From NCBI GenBank assembly GCA_029932855.1, contig JAOZPG010000010.1, forward strand, positions 33,097-97,096: 64,000 nt of DNA. The letters are read 5' to 3'. The notes under the pieces were generated by a model that searched no databases, had not been told where the DNA came from, and saw nothing but the letters and a program-made list of their open reading frames with translations. Of the stretch, positions 49,385 through 58,312 are shown piece by piece (position 1 is the first letter of the stretch; the number at the start of each line of letters is the position of its first letter). Origin of the DNA: Bacteroidales bacterium (GTDB taxonomy: Bacteria > Bacteroidota > Bacteroidia > Bacteroidales > VadinHA17). The translations under genes and the position numbers were made by a program.

Positions 49385-50503
49385 TTAATTAAAGCCCAGT
49401 TCTCTGAGTTTTAAAAGTATTTCCGGGTCGATATTATTATGCTCAATTGTATATGCGGGAAACTCTCTGCGGACGGGGTAATTTGTCCTGAGGGATTCGA
49501 ATTTTGATATATCCCTGATTAATGTGTGGTGGTCTTCCATTATGGGATAAGTTGTTAGAATAGCCTGGCTGAGTATTTCCTGCTCAGGCAGCAGCTTATT
49601 GTCAAATCTTATTATTCTGTCAGTAGTGTCCCTCATATGGCTTTCCCAGTTATCAAGGCCCAGCTTAAAGAAGCTGCTTAAGGCTTTTACTATTATGCTT
49701 GTGCCCATGGCTTTTCCGTCGGCTGAATAGCCTGCTATATGGGGGGTGCCCAGATCGGCAAGCTTAAGGAGTTCAGGATTACAGTCAGGTTCATTTCTCC
49801 ATACATCAAGAACAGCGCCCGACAGTTTCCCGGTTTTTAGATTTTTTATAAGCTGATCTTCATCCACCACTTCACCACGGGAACTGTTTATTATTATTGC
49901 ACCTCTCTTTGTACCTTCAAAAAAATCACTGTTGCACAGTTCGGTGGTTTTGTCCACTCCTTTTGTGATCAGGGGGACATGAAAGCTGATTATATCAGAT
50001 TCTTTAAGTATTCTTTCTATGGGAACAAAGGCTTGTGGCCCCTCATTTCTTTCACGTGGAGGGTCATTGAGCAACACTCTGAGGCCCAGTATTTTGGCCA
50101 TCCTGGCAAGCTTGCTTCCAACATGGCCGGCACCAACTATCCCAAGTACCTTATCGTGAAATCTGAAATTATGTTTTTTAGCCAGAAAGGATAGTGCAGC
50201 AGCTATGTACTGCATGACTGAAGAGGAATTGCATCCCGGGGCATTCTCCCAGTGTATTCCGGCCCTCTTACAATAATCTATGTCTATATGGTCTATTCCT
50301 GCCGTGGCGGTGCCAATAAACTTTAATTTGCTGTTTTTCAGCAATTCCCTGTTTATCTTTGTGCGGGTTCTTATTAGCAGGGCATCAGCATCCTTAACTG
50401 TCTTATTATTTATTGAGTCAGCCTTCAGGTAGTTAACATTGCATATATCATCAAGGGCCCCATATATGTACGGAATATCCTTATCTATTACAATGTTTAT
50501 CAT
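49385..50503 (-). CDS. pdxB: Erythronate-4-phosphate dehydrogenase
   Basis: D..IPY, RTRT, TATAG.DH, APGCN..SV, G.G.VG, LDVW..EP, TPHIAGYS.DGK, R..YP.RRE. Confidence 0.92.
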   Translation of the reverse strand: MINIVIDKDIPYIYGALDDICNVNYLKADSINNKTVKDADALLIRTRTKINRELLKNSKLKFIGTATAGIDHIDIDYCKRAGIHWENAPGCNSSSVMQYIAAALSFLAKKHNFRFHDKVLGIVGAGHVGSKLARMAKILGLRVLLNDPPRERNEGPQAFVPIERILKESDIISFHVPLITKGVDKTTELCNSDFFEGTKRGAIIINSSRGEVVDEDQLIKNLKTGKLSGAVLDVWRNEPDCNPELLKLADLGTPHIAGYSADGKAMGTSIIVKALSSFFKLGLDNWESHMRDTTDRIIRFDNKLLPEQEILSQAILTTYPIMEDHHTLIRDISKFESLRTNYPVRREFPAYTIEHNNIDPEILLKLRELGFN

Positions 50504-50536
50504 AAGAAAGGTAGTTATTCTTACCAGGCCCTTTCC

Positions 50537-51409
50537 TTACCTGGCAATTTGTTCAAGCAGATCGGCTTTACCGTTTTCCAGGTCTTCTTTTTTCTTCAGG
50601 CTAAGGTAAAGCAATACACCAAAAATAGGAAATACCGGCAGCAACAGGGCATTTGTGATACTTGTTATAAGCAGCTGTATGGGGTTGACAATATTATTTG
50701 TAATATTCTCTGCACCCATAGGATCTTTTAGCATATCAATAAAATCACCGGCAAAAGGTGCCATAGCAAGAACTCCCAGGATCAATGATATTACTAAATA
50801 AATAACAAGTACTGTTACTACAAGGCCTGTGGTCTTCCAAAAATCGGAATGTGTCATCCTGAAGCATCTTCTTATGGCATCGACGGGATTTAGTTTTTCT
50901 ATTATAACAACAGCGGTCAGGGGAAAAAATACCACAAGCAGGTAAATGGCAACAAAAAGGGCTCCTATAATAAACAGCAGCAGTCCCAGCATAGAACCGA
51001 AAAACAGGATGATACCGCTGATCACAGAAGCGCCAAGCAATGGCAGGAAATATTCCTTTACAGATTCTTTAAACAGCTCCAGGTGTCCCTTCTCCTGTAT
51101 CTCATCCTGGTTCAGGACCAGGTATGATAGAAATAGCCCTGCAAGAGTATAGATAAGAACAGATGAGAGTAACATTATCACCAGATTGGCCAGTAAACCG
51201 CTGATAAGTTCAGGGTTTTCAGTAATCGATTGAATATCTTCCATATAGGGACCGATAAAATATGAGTTAACTACCTGAAGTATTATCATTGCCATTAAGC
51301 TGTAGAAAAAGAACCAGCCAAAATTCTTCCGGTATATTTCCCAGCCCGCCTGGAAAAAATTATCGAGATTCATCTCTCCGTAATATGGATGCTTCTTGTA
51401 ATTGATCAT
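50537..51409 (-). CDS. Multi-pass membrane protein (GDPD membrane-domain-like)
   Basis: About six hydrophobic segments, E.....DAI.R...M....FWKT motif. Confidence 0.7.
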   Translation of the reverse strand: MINYKKHPYYGEMNLDNFFQAGWEIYRKNFGWFFFYSLMAMIILQVVNSYFIGPYMEDIQSITENPELISGLLANLVIMLLSSVLIYTLAGLFLSYLVLNQDEIQEKGHLELFKESVKEYFLPLLGASVISGIILFFGSMLGLLLFIIGALFVAIYLLVVFFPLTAVVIIEKLNPVDAIRRCFRMTHSDFWKTTGLVVTVLVIYLVISLILGVLAMAPFAGDFIDMLKDPMGAENITNNIVNPIQLLITSITNALLLPVFPIFGVLLYLSLKKKEDLENGKADLLEQIAR

Positions 51410-51518
51410 TCTTCAGTATTTGCTTATTGGTTTCCTGCAATTTTAAGAGAGGCAAATTTACAGATTTATTTCTTAATCTTTTTATCTTTATTGAATAGTT
51501 CATAATCGTTTTTATATC

Positions 51519-53093
51519 ATGATCCATTACCAGCGTTCGTATCCGGCCAGGCTATTTTACCTGTTGATTTTTATTGTAGCAATAAGCTTCTCAGCCTGTT
51601 CTCAGAGGGGGACAAAGCTGCCTGAAAAGCCAAATATTATTTTTATAATGTCTGACGATCATGCTTACCAGGCAATTAGTTGTTATGATAGTTCTTTGAT
51701 AATAACACCTAATATTGACAGGCTTGCAGAGGGTGGATTGAAGTTTACCAATTCTTTTGTCTGCAATTCTATTTGTGCCCCCAGTCGTGCAAGCCTCTTA
51801 ACAGGTAAGCACAGTCATGCTAACGGCGTATATGATAACAGGCAAATCTTTGACAGCAGTCAGGTTACTTTTCCGAAACTTATGCAGGATGCAGGTTATC
51901 AGACAGCCATAGTTGGAAAATGGCATCTGAAGAGCCAGCCATCCGGATTTGATTACTGGAATATTTTGCCGGGCCAGGGGCAGTATTACAACCCCGATTT
52001 TATTGAAATGGGAAAGGAGTCAAGGCTTGAGGGTTATGTAACAAATCTCATCACCGATATCTCAATTAACTGGCTGAAAGGGAGAGATAAGGATAAGCCA
52101 TTCTTACTGATGATACATAATAAAGCTCCTCACCGTAACTGGATGCCCGACACTGCTTATTTTGACCTGTTTAAGGATAAGGAATTTGCTGTGCCTGCTA
52201 ATTTTTTTGATGATTATAAGGGGAGGGAGGCGGCAGCACAGCAGGAGATGAGTGTGATAAAAAATCTTGACCTGATCTTTGACCTTAAGATGCTTGACAG
52301 GGAAGGGCAGCTGGACTCGGATTACCGTTCATGGTTTCAGGACATGTTGCTCAGGATGAACGAGAAACAAAGAAAGGCCTGGGACAGGGAATACCAGGCA
52401 AAGGCGGAAGAGTTTATCAGGGCAGACCTGGAAGGAGATGATCTTGCAAGGTGGAAGCTGGGTCGTTACCTTGAAGATTACCTAAAATGTATAGCTTCGG
52501 TTGATGATAATGTTGGAATCCTGCTGGACTATCTTGAACAGACAGGCCTGGATAATAATACTATTGTTGTTTATACCTCCGACCAGGGATTTTACCTGGG
52601 AGAACACGGATGGTTCGATAAACGCTTTATGTACGAGGAATCTCTGAGGATGCCGCTTCTTATGAGGGTTCCCGGTGCGAAAAAACAGGGACAGGTGAGT
52701 GAGATGGTGCAAAACATTGATTTTGCCCCTACTTTTCTTGATATGGCAGGGATTGAAATTCCTGGTGAGATGCAGGGCGTTTCCATGCTTCCGGTAATCG
52801 AGGGAAAGGATACTGAGGACTGGAGGGAAGCTATCTATTATCATTATTATGCATATCCTGCCTGGCACAGCGTGAAAAAGCATTATGGAATACGTACTTC
52901 AAGATATAAACTGATACATTTTTATTACGATATAGACTCATGGGAGCTGTTTGACCTGGAGAATGATCCGCATGAAATGAATAATCTTATAGCTGATAGC
53001 TCATATGCAGAGATCATTTCCGGACTAAAAACCCGGCTGCTGGATCTGGCCGCAGAGTATGGAGACAGCCTTGTGTTGGGGATGAGGGAGTAG
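51519..53093 (+). CDS. Cys-type formylglycine-dependent sulfatase lipoprotein
   Basis: Lipobox FSAC, PNIIFIMSDDH, CAPSRA.LLTG, GKWHL, YTSDQG..LGEHG..DKR. Confidence 0.95.
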   Translation: MIHYQRSYPARLFYLLIFIVAISFSACSQRGTKLPEKPNIIFIMSDDHAYQAISCYDSSLIITPNIDRLAEGGLKFTNSFVCNSICAPSRASLLTGKHSHANGVYDNRQIFDSSQVTFPKLMQDAGYQTAIVGKWHLKSQPSGFDYWNILPGQGQYYNPDFIEMGKESRLEGYVTNLITDISINWLKGRDKDKPFLLMIHNKAPHRNWMPDTAYFDLFKDKEFAVPANFFDDYKGREAAAQQEMSVIKNLDLIFDLKMLDREGQLDSDYRSWFQDMLLRMNEKQRKAWDREYQAKAEEFIRADLEGDDLARWKLGRYLEDYLKCIASVDDNVGILLDYLEQTGLDNNTIVVYTSDQGFYLGEHGWFDKRFMYEESLRMPLLMRVPGAKKQGQVSEMVQNIDFAPTFLDMAGIEIPGEMQGVSMLPVIEGKDTEDWREAIYYHYYAYPAWHSVKKHYGIRTSRYKLIHFYYDIDSWELFDLENDPHEMNNLIADSSYAEIISGLKTRLLDLAAEYGDSLVLGMRE

Positions 53094-53136
53094 TTCATTA
53101 CCTTCGGTAACTCGTGATCCCGTTATGGAGTTCCCT

Positions 53137-53275
53137 GCAATAAACAAAAAGGTCTTTGCCTAACAGCAAATACCTGTTTTTCTTTCCCATTCCCCTTACA
53201 AAAGAAATCTTTTGACGGTGCCTGTGAAACAAAAATCCCGCCACTTAGCAGTGACGGGACTTTATTGTTTATTGC
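53137..53275. repeat. Degenerate ~140-bp palindrome (inverted duplication of the tRNA 3' flank)
   Basis: Outer arms match 16/18 (GCAATAAACAA...GTC). Central hairpin CAAAAGA-AA-TCTTTTG at 53199-53214 lies on the symmetry axis. Confidence 0.7.
53231..53263 (-). terminator. Intrinsic terminator of tRNA-Ser
   Basis: Minus strand GTCCCGTCACT-GCTA-AGTGGCGGGAT-TTTT. Confidence 0.8.
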
Positions 53276-53362
53276 GGAGAGAGAGGGATTCGAACCCTCG
53301 GTACGCACAAGGCGCACAACGGTTTTCGAGACCGCCCCGTTCGACCACTCCGGCATCTCTCC
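53275..53362 (-). tRNA. tRNA-Ser (anticodon CGA), CCA not encoded
   Basis: GGAGAGA acceptor stem, D arm, anticodon arm GCGGT-CT-CGA-AA-ACCGT, long variable arm, GTTCGAATC T loop, G discriminator, 88 nt. Confidence 0.97.
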
Positions 53363-53511
53363 ATAAAACCAGTGCAAATATCCGACTATTATTTAAAACT
53401 TCAAAAGCTCTACTGTCATAAAACAGCCGGTGGAAGCTTTTTAATGTTCCTGCCGGCTAAGAGCTCAGGAAAATTTAGTAATTTCAGGAATTAACTCATA
53501 ATTATATACAA

Positions 53512-54780
53512 ATGAGAAGAAGAGGATTTATTATAAGCAGTGGCCTTTCGCTGGCAGCATTTGGCGGACTGGCCGGTATCTCATCTGCACTGGATATAAG
53601 TGGCAACGACAGTTTGCAGATAGATGAGCTTACAAGGGGATTAAAAGCCCTGGCACCTGAAGATTATGTAAAGAGGCAGGAAAAAGCAAAGCAGCTGATG
53701 GAGCAGAATGGCATAGACGGATTATTGCTGACAGGTGGCACTAATATGTCGTATTTCCTCGATATGTCGTGGTGGCGAAGCGAACGTTTTTTTGGAGCAA
53801 TACTGAACACCAAGGGCGACCCTGTATGGATATGTCCGGCCTTTGAGGAGAAAAGAGCGAGGGAAATGATACAGTTCGGATCAGATATCCGTACATGGGA
53901 AGAAAATGAATCTCCCTATAAACTGGTAGCATGTATCATGAAGGACCTTGGAGCGCCCAGGGGAAAACTTGCAATAGGGCCTACGGTAAGGAATTTTGTA
54001 GTTGAAGGGATACAGGCAGACGGGAAGGGGCGGAAGTTGAGACTGGCCGATGGCTCGGTGATAACAAATGGATGCAGGGGAATAAAGACAAAAAAAGAGC
54101 TGAAGTTTATGGATGTGGCAAACAGGATAACCAAGCTGTCCTATGCCGAGGGGTTCAGGCACTTAAAAGAGGGAATGTCATCTGCAGACCTGGCAAAGAT
54201 CATCAGTGAAACTCATTCCAGCCTTGGTGCCAAGGGGGGTAGTTATCCACAGTTCGGTACAATATCCGCTTTTCCACATGGGTCTAAAGAAGATCCCCCG
54301 CTCAGGGAAGGAGATATAGTATTGAATGACGGAGGATGTTCAGTTCAGGGATACCGGTCGGATGTTACCAGGACTGTCATTTTCGGGAAACCATCTGACA
54401 GGCAAAAAAGAGTTTTCGATATAGTCCTGAAAGCGCAACAGGAGGCTTTTAAAGCTATTCGTCCCGGTGTAACGGCAGAATCTGTTGATGCTGTGGCTAG
54501 GAAAGTGATAGAAGATGCCGGCTTCGGTCCCGGCTACAAGTATTTTGCACATCGCCTGGGACACGGGATAGGGATGGACGGACATGAATATCCCTACCTG
54601 GTGGGAGGTAATAAACTTAAGCTGGAGCCAGGCATGACTTTTAGTAATGAGCCTGGAATATATATCTATGGTGAGTTTGGAGTAAGGATTGAGGATTGCT
54701 TTGTGGTTACCGAAGATGGTGCCCGTTACCTGGGGGGGATGACCACCAGATCGATAGATGATCCCTTTGGAGCAACCTGA
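53512..54780 (+). CDS. Xaa-Pro peptidase (M24B) with Tat signal
   Basis: MRRRGF twin-Arg leader, PHG, D.G....GY.SD.TRT, HRLGHGIG...HE, EPG.Y...GVRIED. Confidence 0.92.
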   Translation: MRRRGFIISSGLSLAAFGGLAGISSALDISGNDSLQIDELTRGLKALAPEDYVKRQEKAKQLMEQNGIDGLLLTGGTNMSYFLDMSWWRSERFFGAILNTKGDPVWICPAFEEKRAREMIQFGSDIRTWEENESPYKLVACIMKDLGAPRGKLAIGPTVRNFVVEGIQADGKGRKLRLADGSVITNGCRGIKTKKELKFMDVANRITKLSYAEGFRHLKEGMSSADLAKIISETHSSLGAKGGSYPQFGTISAFPHGSKEDPPLREGDIVLNDGGCSVQGYRSDVTRTVIFGKPSDRQKRVFDIVLKAQQEAFKAIRPGVTAESVDAVARKVIEDAGFGPGYKYFAHRLGHGIGMDGHEYPYLVGGNKLKLEPGMTFSNEPGIYIYGEFGVRIEDCFVVTEDGARYLGGMTTRSIDDPFGAT

Positions 54781-54798
54781 TGATATGCTGTGCTATAT

Positions 54799-54830
54799 TT
54801 TGAAAAAGTAAATGATAATGTTTACATTTG
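54799..54830 (+). promoter_or_regulatory. Sigma-A promoter upstream of thx (TTTG-N20-TACATTTG)
   Basis: Canonical Bacteroidota -33/-7 elements with 20-nt spacing. Confidence 0.7.
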
Positions 54831-54883
54831 ACTATATTATTGAGGCCTGAATTTTGGATATATTGTTTTAACAGGAATTTATT

Positions 54884-55189
54884 ATGGGAAAAGGGGATAA
54901 AAAGACCAAACGGGGTAAAATTGTTGCAGGATCTTATGGGGTAAGAAGACCAAAAAAGAAAAAAACAACTTATAAACCCACAGCTAAAGCTGTTATAAAA
55001 AAGACTGAAACTGTTGCAAAGCCGGTTAAGGATACAACTGAAAAGAAAGTTGCTCCGAAAAAAGCAGCTCCAAAGAAGGCAGTTCCTGCCGTCAAACAGG
55101 AAAGCAAAGCTAAGAAGCCTGCTGCAAAAGCTGCAGAGAAGAAGGCCACACCTGCCGTCAAAGAGAAAAAGAAATCAGCTAAAGACTAA
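54884..55189 (+). CDS. thx: 30S ribosomal protein bTHX with Lys/Ala/Pro-rich extension
   Basis: N-terminal MGKGDKKTKRGKI..GSYG.RRP THX signature, plus about 75 aa of KKAAPKK-type tail. Confidence 0.9.
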   Translation: MGKGDKKTKRGKIVAGSYGVRRPKKKKTTYKPTAKAVIKKTETVAKPVKDTTEKKVAPKKAAPKKAVPAVKQESKAKKPAAKAAEKKATPAVKEKKKSAKD

Positions 55190-56547
55190 TGTTTTCCATG
55201 GGACTCTTCATTGGCCTGTTGTTGATAATAACAGCAGGCTTTTTCGTGAGTGCAGTCCTTCTTTTCTCGATAGAGTCGTTTAGGGAAAATGAAGCTCGTG
55301 CAGGATGGATATTACTGTCGGCCGTCTTTATCCTGTTGGCTCTTTATATGCTTGTTTTCTTTTCTGGCAATATCCCGGCATTATGGATATTTGCTATATC
55401 TCCATGGTTAATTATGATACTTTTATTCTGGCCTGCCGGGAGTAACAGGGAGGGGGATAAGGGACCTGATCCCCGGGGACAGATTGATGAAAGGGATATA
55501 ATGTTTTCAAGACGCCTGTTAAAGGAAGGAAGCAGGAGGTACAGGAAATATTATTCGCAAAATCCTGAAAAGAAAGAGTCAGATGACAGGTCAAGGGCTA
55601 AGCCTGGCCTCTTGTCACCTCGTTCCCAGTATTACCATCCCCTGCAGTTTGCTGCTGCAAATGCAAGCTTCACTGCCGTTGAAGCATTGGTTCCGGCAAT
55701 AGATAAACCGGCCACAGCAGAAAAGGTAAAGATCGAAGCTGCTGCCCTGAGCACTTTCCTGAAGGGATGGGCAAGGAAGCTTGGTGCACTTGATCTTGGC
55801 ATCACCTTATTAAAGACAGAGCATCTTTATAGTTACCGGGGGAGGGAACATAATTATGGTAAAAAGGTGGATAAGAGGCATAAGTATGCTATTGCCTTTA
55901 CGGTAGAGATGGATAAGGAAATGATTGACAGGGCTCCTCTTGGACCGGCAGTAATGGAGTCGGCCGGAAGATATATGCATGCAGGTTCTGTTGCCGTACA
56001 GATAGCTGCTTTTATCAGGGAGCTTGGCTATGATGCAACGGCTCATATTGACGGGCATTATGAACTGGTTGCACCCCTGGTAGCCAGGGATGCCGGGCTG
56101 GGTGAGATAGGAAGGATGGGGCTGCTTATAACAGCTAAAGAAGGTCCCAGGGTTAGGATTGGTGTTGTAACAACGTCAATGGAGATGAAAGAGGATACTG
56201 TAAAGAGAGACCTCTCTGTAACGGAATTCTGTGATATTTGTAAGAAATGTGCTAATAATTGTCCCGCAGCAGCAATACCCTCCGGTGAGCAGAAAATGAT
56301 AAACGGGATTAAGAGGTGGCAGATAAACCAGGAGAAATGTTATGACTACTGGTGTATTGCAGGGACTGATTGTGGAAGATGCATAGCTGTTTGCCCTTAT
56401 TCTCATCCCGATAATTACCTGCACAGGCTGGTAAGGCTGGGAGTAAGAAGATCTGCTCTTTTCAGAAAGATTGCAGTTCCCCTTGATGACTTCTTTTATG
56501 CTAAGAAGCCCATTAGCCGCAAGCCTCTTAAATGGATGAACCCATAA
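55189..56547 (+). CDS. Reductive dehalogenase-like cobalamin/2x[4Fe-4S] protein with N-terminal TM helices
   Basis: Three hydrophobic N-terminal segments, no Tat motif. Motifs DERD..F.R, A..LGA..LGI, I..LGY.A, A..AGLGE.GR.G.LIT...GPRVR...V.T, CxxCxxCxxxCP and C-x10-CxxCxxxCPY. Confidence 0.85.
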   Translation: MFSMGLFIGLLLIITAGFFVSAVLLFSIESFRENEARAGWILLSAVFILLALYMLVFFSGNIPALWIFAISPWLIMILLFWPAGSNREGDKGPDPRGQIDERDIMFSRRLLKEGSRRYRKYYSQNPEKKESDDRSRAKPGLLSPRSQYYHPLQFAAANASFTAVEALVPAIDKPATAEKVKIEAAALSTFLKGWARKLGALDLGITLLKTEHLYSYRGREHNYGKKVDKRHKYAIAFTVEMDKEMIDRAPLGPAVMESAGRYMHAGSVAVQIAAFIRELGYDATAHIDGHYELVAPLVARDAGLGEIGRMGLLITAKEGPRVRIGVVTTSMEMKEDTVKRDLSVTEFCDICKKCANNCPAAAIPSGEQKMINGIKRWQINQEKCYDYWCIAGTDCGRCIAVCPYSHPDNYLHRLVRLGVRRSALFRKIAVPLDDFFYAKKPISRKPLKWMNP

Positions 56548-56611
56548 ACCTCGGGGGTCATTATTTCTTAAACATTAATTCCTTATTTTCGTTGTCTGAT
56601 AATGCAGGCTA

Positions 56612-58306
56612 ATGACAGTAAGGAATAGCGATATATGGTTAAAAGCAGCGGTGGCCGGAAGCCTGTGGGCATCCGTGGAGATTGTTGTTGGCAGCTTCCT
56701 GCATAACCTGAGGGTGCCCTTTGCCGGTACCATACTGGCAGTGATGGGGATAAGCCTGATGATTGCTTTTCAGTATAAATGGAATGACAAGGGACTTATC
56801 TGGCGGGCGGGGCTGATTACAGCCATCATGAAGTCACTCTCACCCAGTGCCGTAATCATTGGTCCTATGCTTGGCATATTAACCGAGGCCGTATTGCTGG
56901 ATTTTGCAATTCGCTTATTCGGACGAAATATGCTGGGCTTTTTAACAGGTTCGATAGCAGCAGTGCTTAGTGCACTGGTACATAAAGTGGCCACAATCAT
57001 TATCCTCTATGGATTCAATATTGTCAATATACTGGAAAATGTATATCAATATGCACGAAAGCAGCTAAGAGTGGAAGGTCCCGAACCCCTGATGCTTGTG
57101 CTTTATCTTATTTTATTATACATCTTATTTGGGATACTTGCAACGCTGACAGGGATGGCTTCGGGCAGAAGGATAGGAAAGTATGTAAATGAGGAAGACT
57201 ACAGCAGGGAGATCATAAATGATGAATTCAGCCTGCAGGGAGATGAAAAATACTCTATCTTCTTGCTGATTTTTCACCTGCTGGTGTTGGTTACCGGCTT
57301 ATACCTGGTAAACAGCCTTAACATATTGCTCTCTTCCGTCATAATCCTGCCCTATATTGTATTCGTCTTTATAAAATATAAAAGATCTTTGCGGAGGCTG
57401 GCAAAACCATTGTTCTGGTTCCAGCTGGTATTGATCCTTCTCTTTGCCGTATTGTTCTGGAATGGTTATTCAAAGGGATCATTGCTGGATATTGAAGGTT
57501 ATATCATTGGTGCCAGGATGATTATCAGGGCCCTGCTGGTGGTACTGGTCTTCTCTGCCGTCAGTGTTGAGCTGAGAAACCCTCTTGTAAAGGCAGTGCT
57601 TTATAAAAGAGGATTCTCAAAGCTTTATACTTCCCTGGGACTTGCATTCTCGGTATTGCCTGCTGCCATGAACCGTATTGCCAGGCCTGCGGGATTGATC
57701 CTGAGTCCTATACGATCACTCTCGGAGATAGTTCAGTATTCCGGCAAGCTTTATAATTCATTCAGGGAAAGGATGGAGGTGATGAATCCTGTTTTTATTA
57801 TTGCCGGGAACCACAGGGAAGGAAAGACAAGCTTCCTGAAAGAGACAATTGACATACTAAGGAAGGCCGGGACCAGGGTTGGTGGAATAATGACCGAGGG
57901 AATTGACAGGGAGGGGGAGAGGTTTGGCTTCATGCTGGTGGATGTTTCAAGTGATGAGAAGGTATTGCTTTGCCACAAGGAAAAGACTGAAGAATGGAAG
58001 AAGACAGGCAGGTTTTATTTTAATCCGGAGGGACTTGCTTTCGGAAAGAAGATACTAAAGCAGTCAGGCAGCAATAACATTATGGTGATTGATGAGATTG
58101 GACCCCTTGAGCTAAAAGACGGAGGATGGAGCAGGCGGCTGGAAGAGTTGATATCTGCCTACGAACATCCAATGATATGGGTAGTGAGAAGAAATCTTAC
58201 AGAGAAGATAATTAAGAAGTTCTCATTAAAGAATGTTATCATTATGGATATTGCACGTTACAAGCCCCCGGAACTGGCAGATCAGCTACTCAAGCTTGAT
58301 AGCTGA
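56612..58306 (+). CDS. Polytopic membrane protein (ECF S/T-like) fused to THEP1/DUF2478-like NTPase
   Basis: About ten TM segments in aa 1-390. C-terminal G....GKTS, VGG..T, R.GF.L.D, G...F...G, IDEIGPLE...GW. Confidence 0.7.
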   Translation: MTVRNSDIWLKAAVAGSLWASVEIVVGSFLHNLRVPFAGTILAVMGISLMIAFQYKWNDKGLIWRAGLITAIMKSLSPSAVIIGPMLGILTEAVLLDFAIRLFGRNMLGFLTGSIAAVLSALVHKVATIIILYGFNIVNILENVYQYARKQLRVEGPEPLMLVLYLILLYILFGILATLTGMASGRRIGKYVNEEDYSREIINDEFSLQGDEKYSIFLLIFHLLVLVTGLYLVNSLNILLSSVIILPYIVFVFIKYKRSLRRLAKPLFWFQLVLILLFAVLFWNGYSKGSLLDIEGYIIGARMIIRALLVVLVFSAVSVELRNPLVKAVLYKRGFSKLYTSLGLAFSVLPAAMNRIARPAGLILSPIRSLSEIVQYSGKLYNSFRERMEVMNPVFIIAGNHREGKTSFLKETIDILRKAGTRVGGIMTEGIDREGERFGFMLVDVSSDEKVLLCHKEKTEEWKKTGRFYFNPEGLAFGKKILKQSGSNNIMVIDEIGPLELKDGGWSRRLEELISAYEHPMIWVVRRNLTEKIIKKFSLKNVIIMDIARYKPPELADQLLKLDS

Positions 58307-58312
58307 ACATTT

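Noticed and set aside
53094-53362. Integrative element at tRNA-Ser
   Set aside because: No integrase, and no direct repeat of the tRNA 3' end seen in the window. The repeat present is inverted.
53123-53421. ORFs 53123-53377 (-) and 53212-53421 (+)
   Set aside because: They are translations across tRNA-Ser and its terminator.
56548-56611. Cobalamin riboswitch ahead of the ECF-like fusion
   Set aside because: The spacer is only 64 bp with no B12-box. It contains just a small hairpin and a TATTTTCG promoter-like box at 56584-56591.
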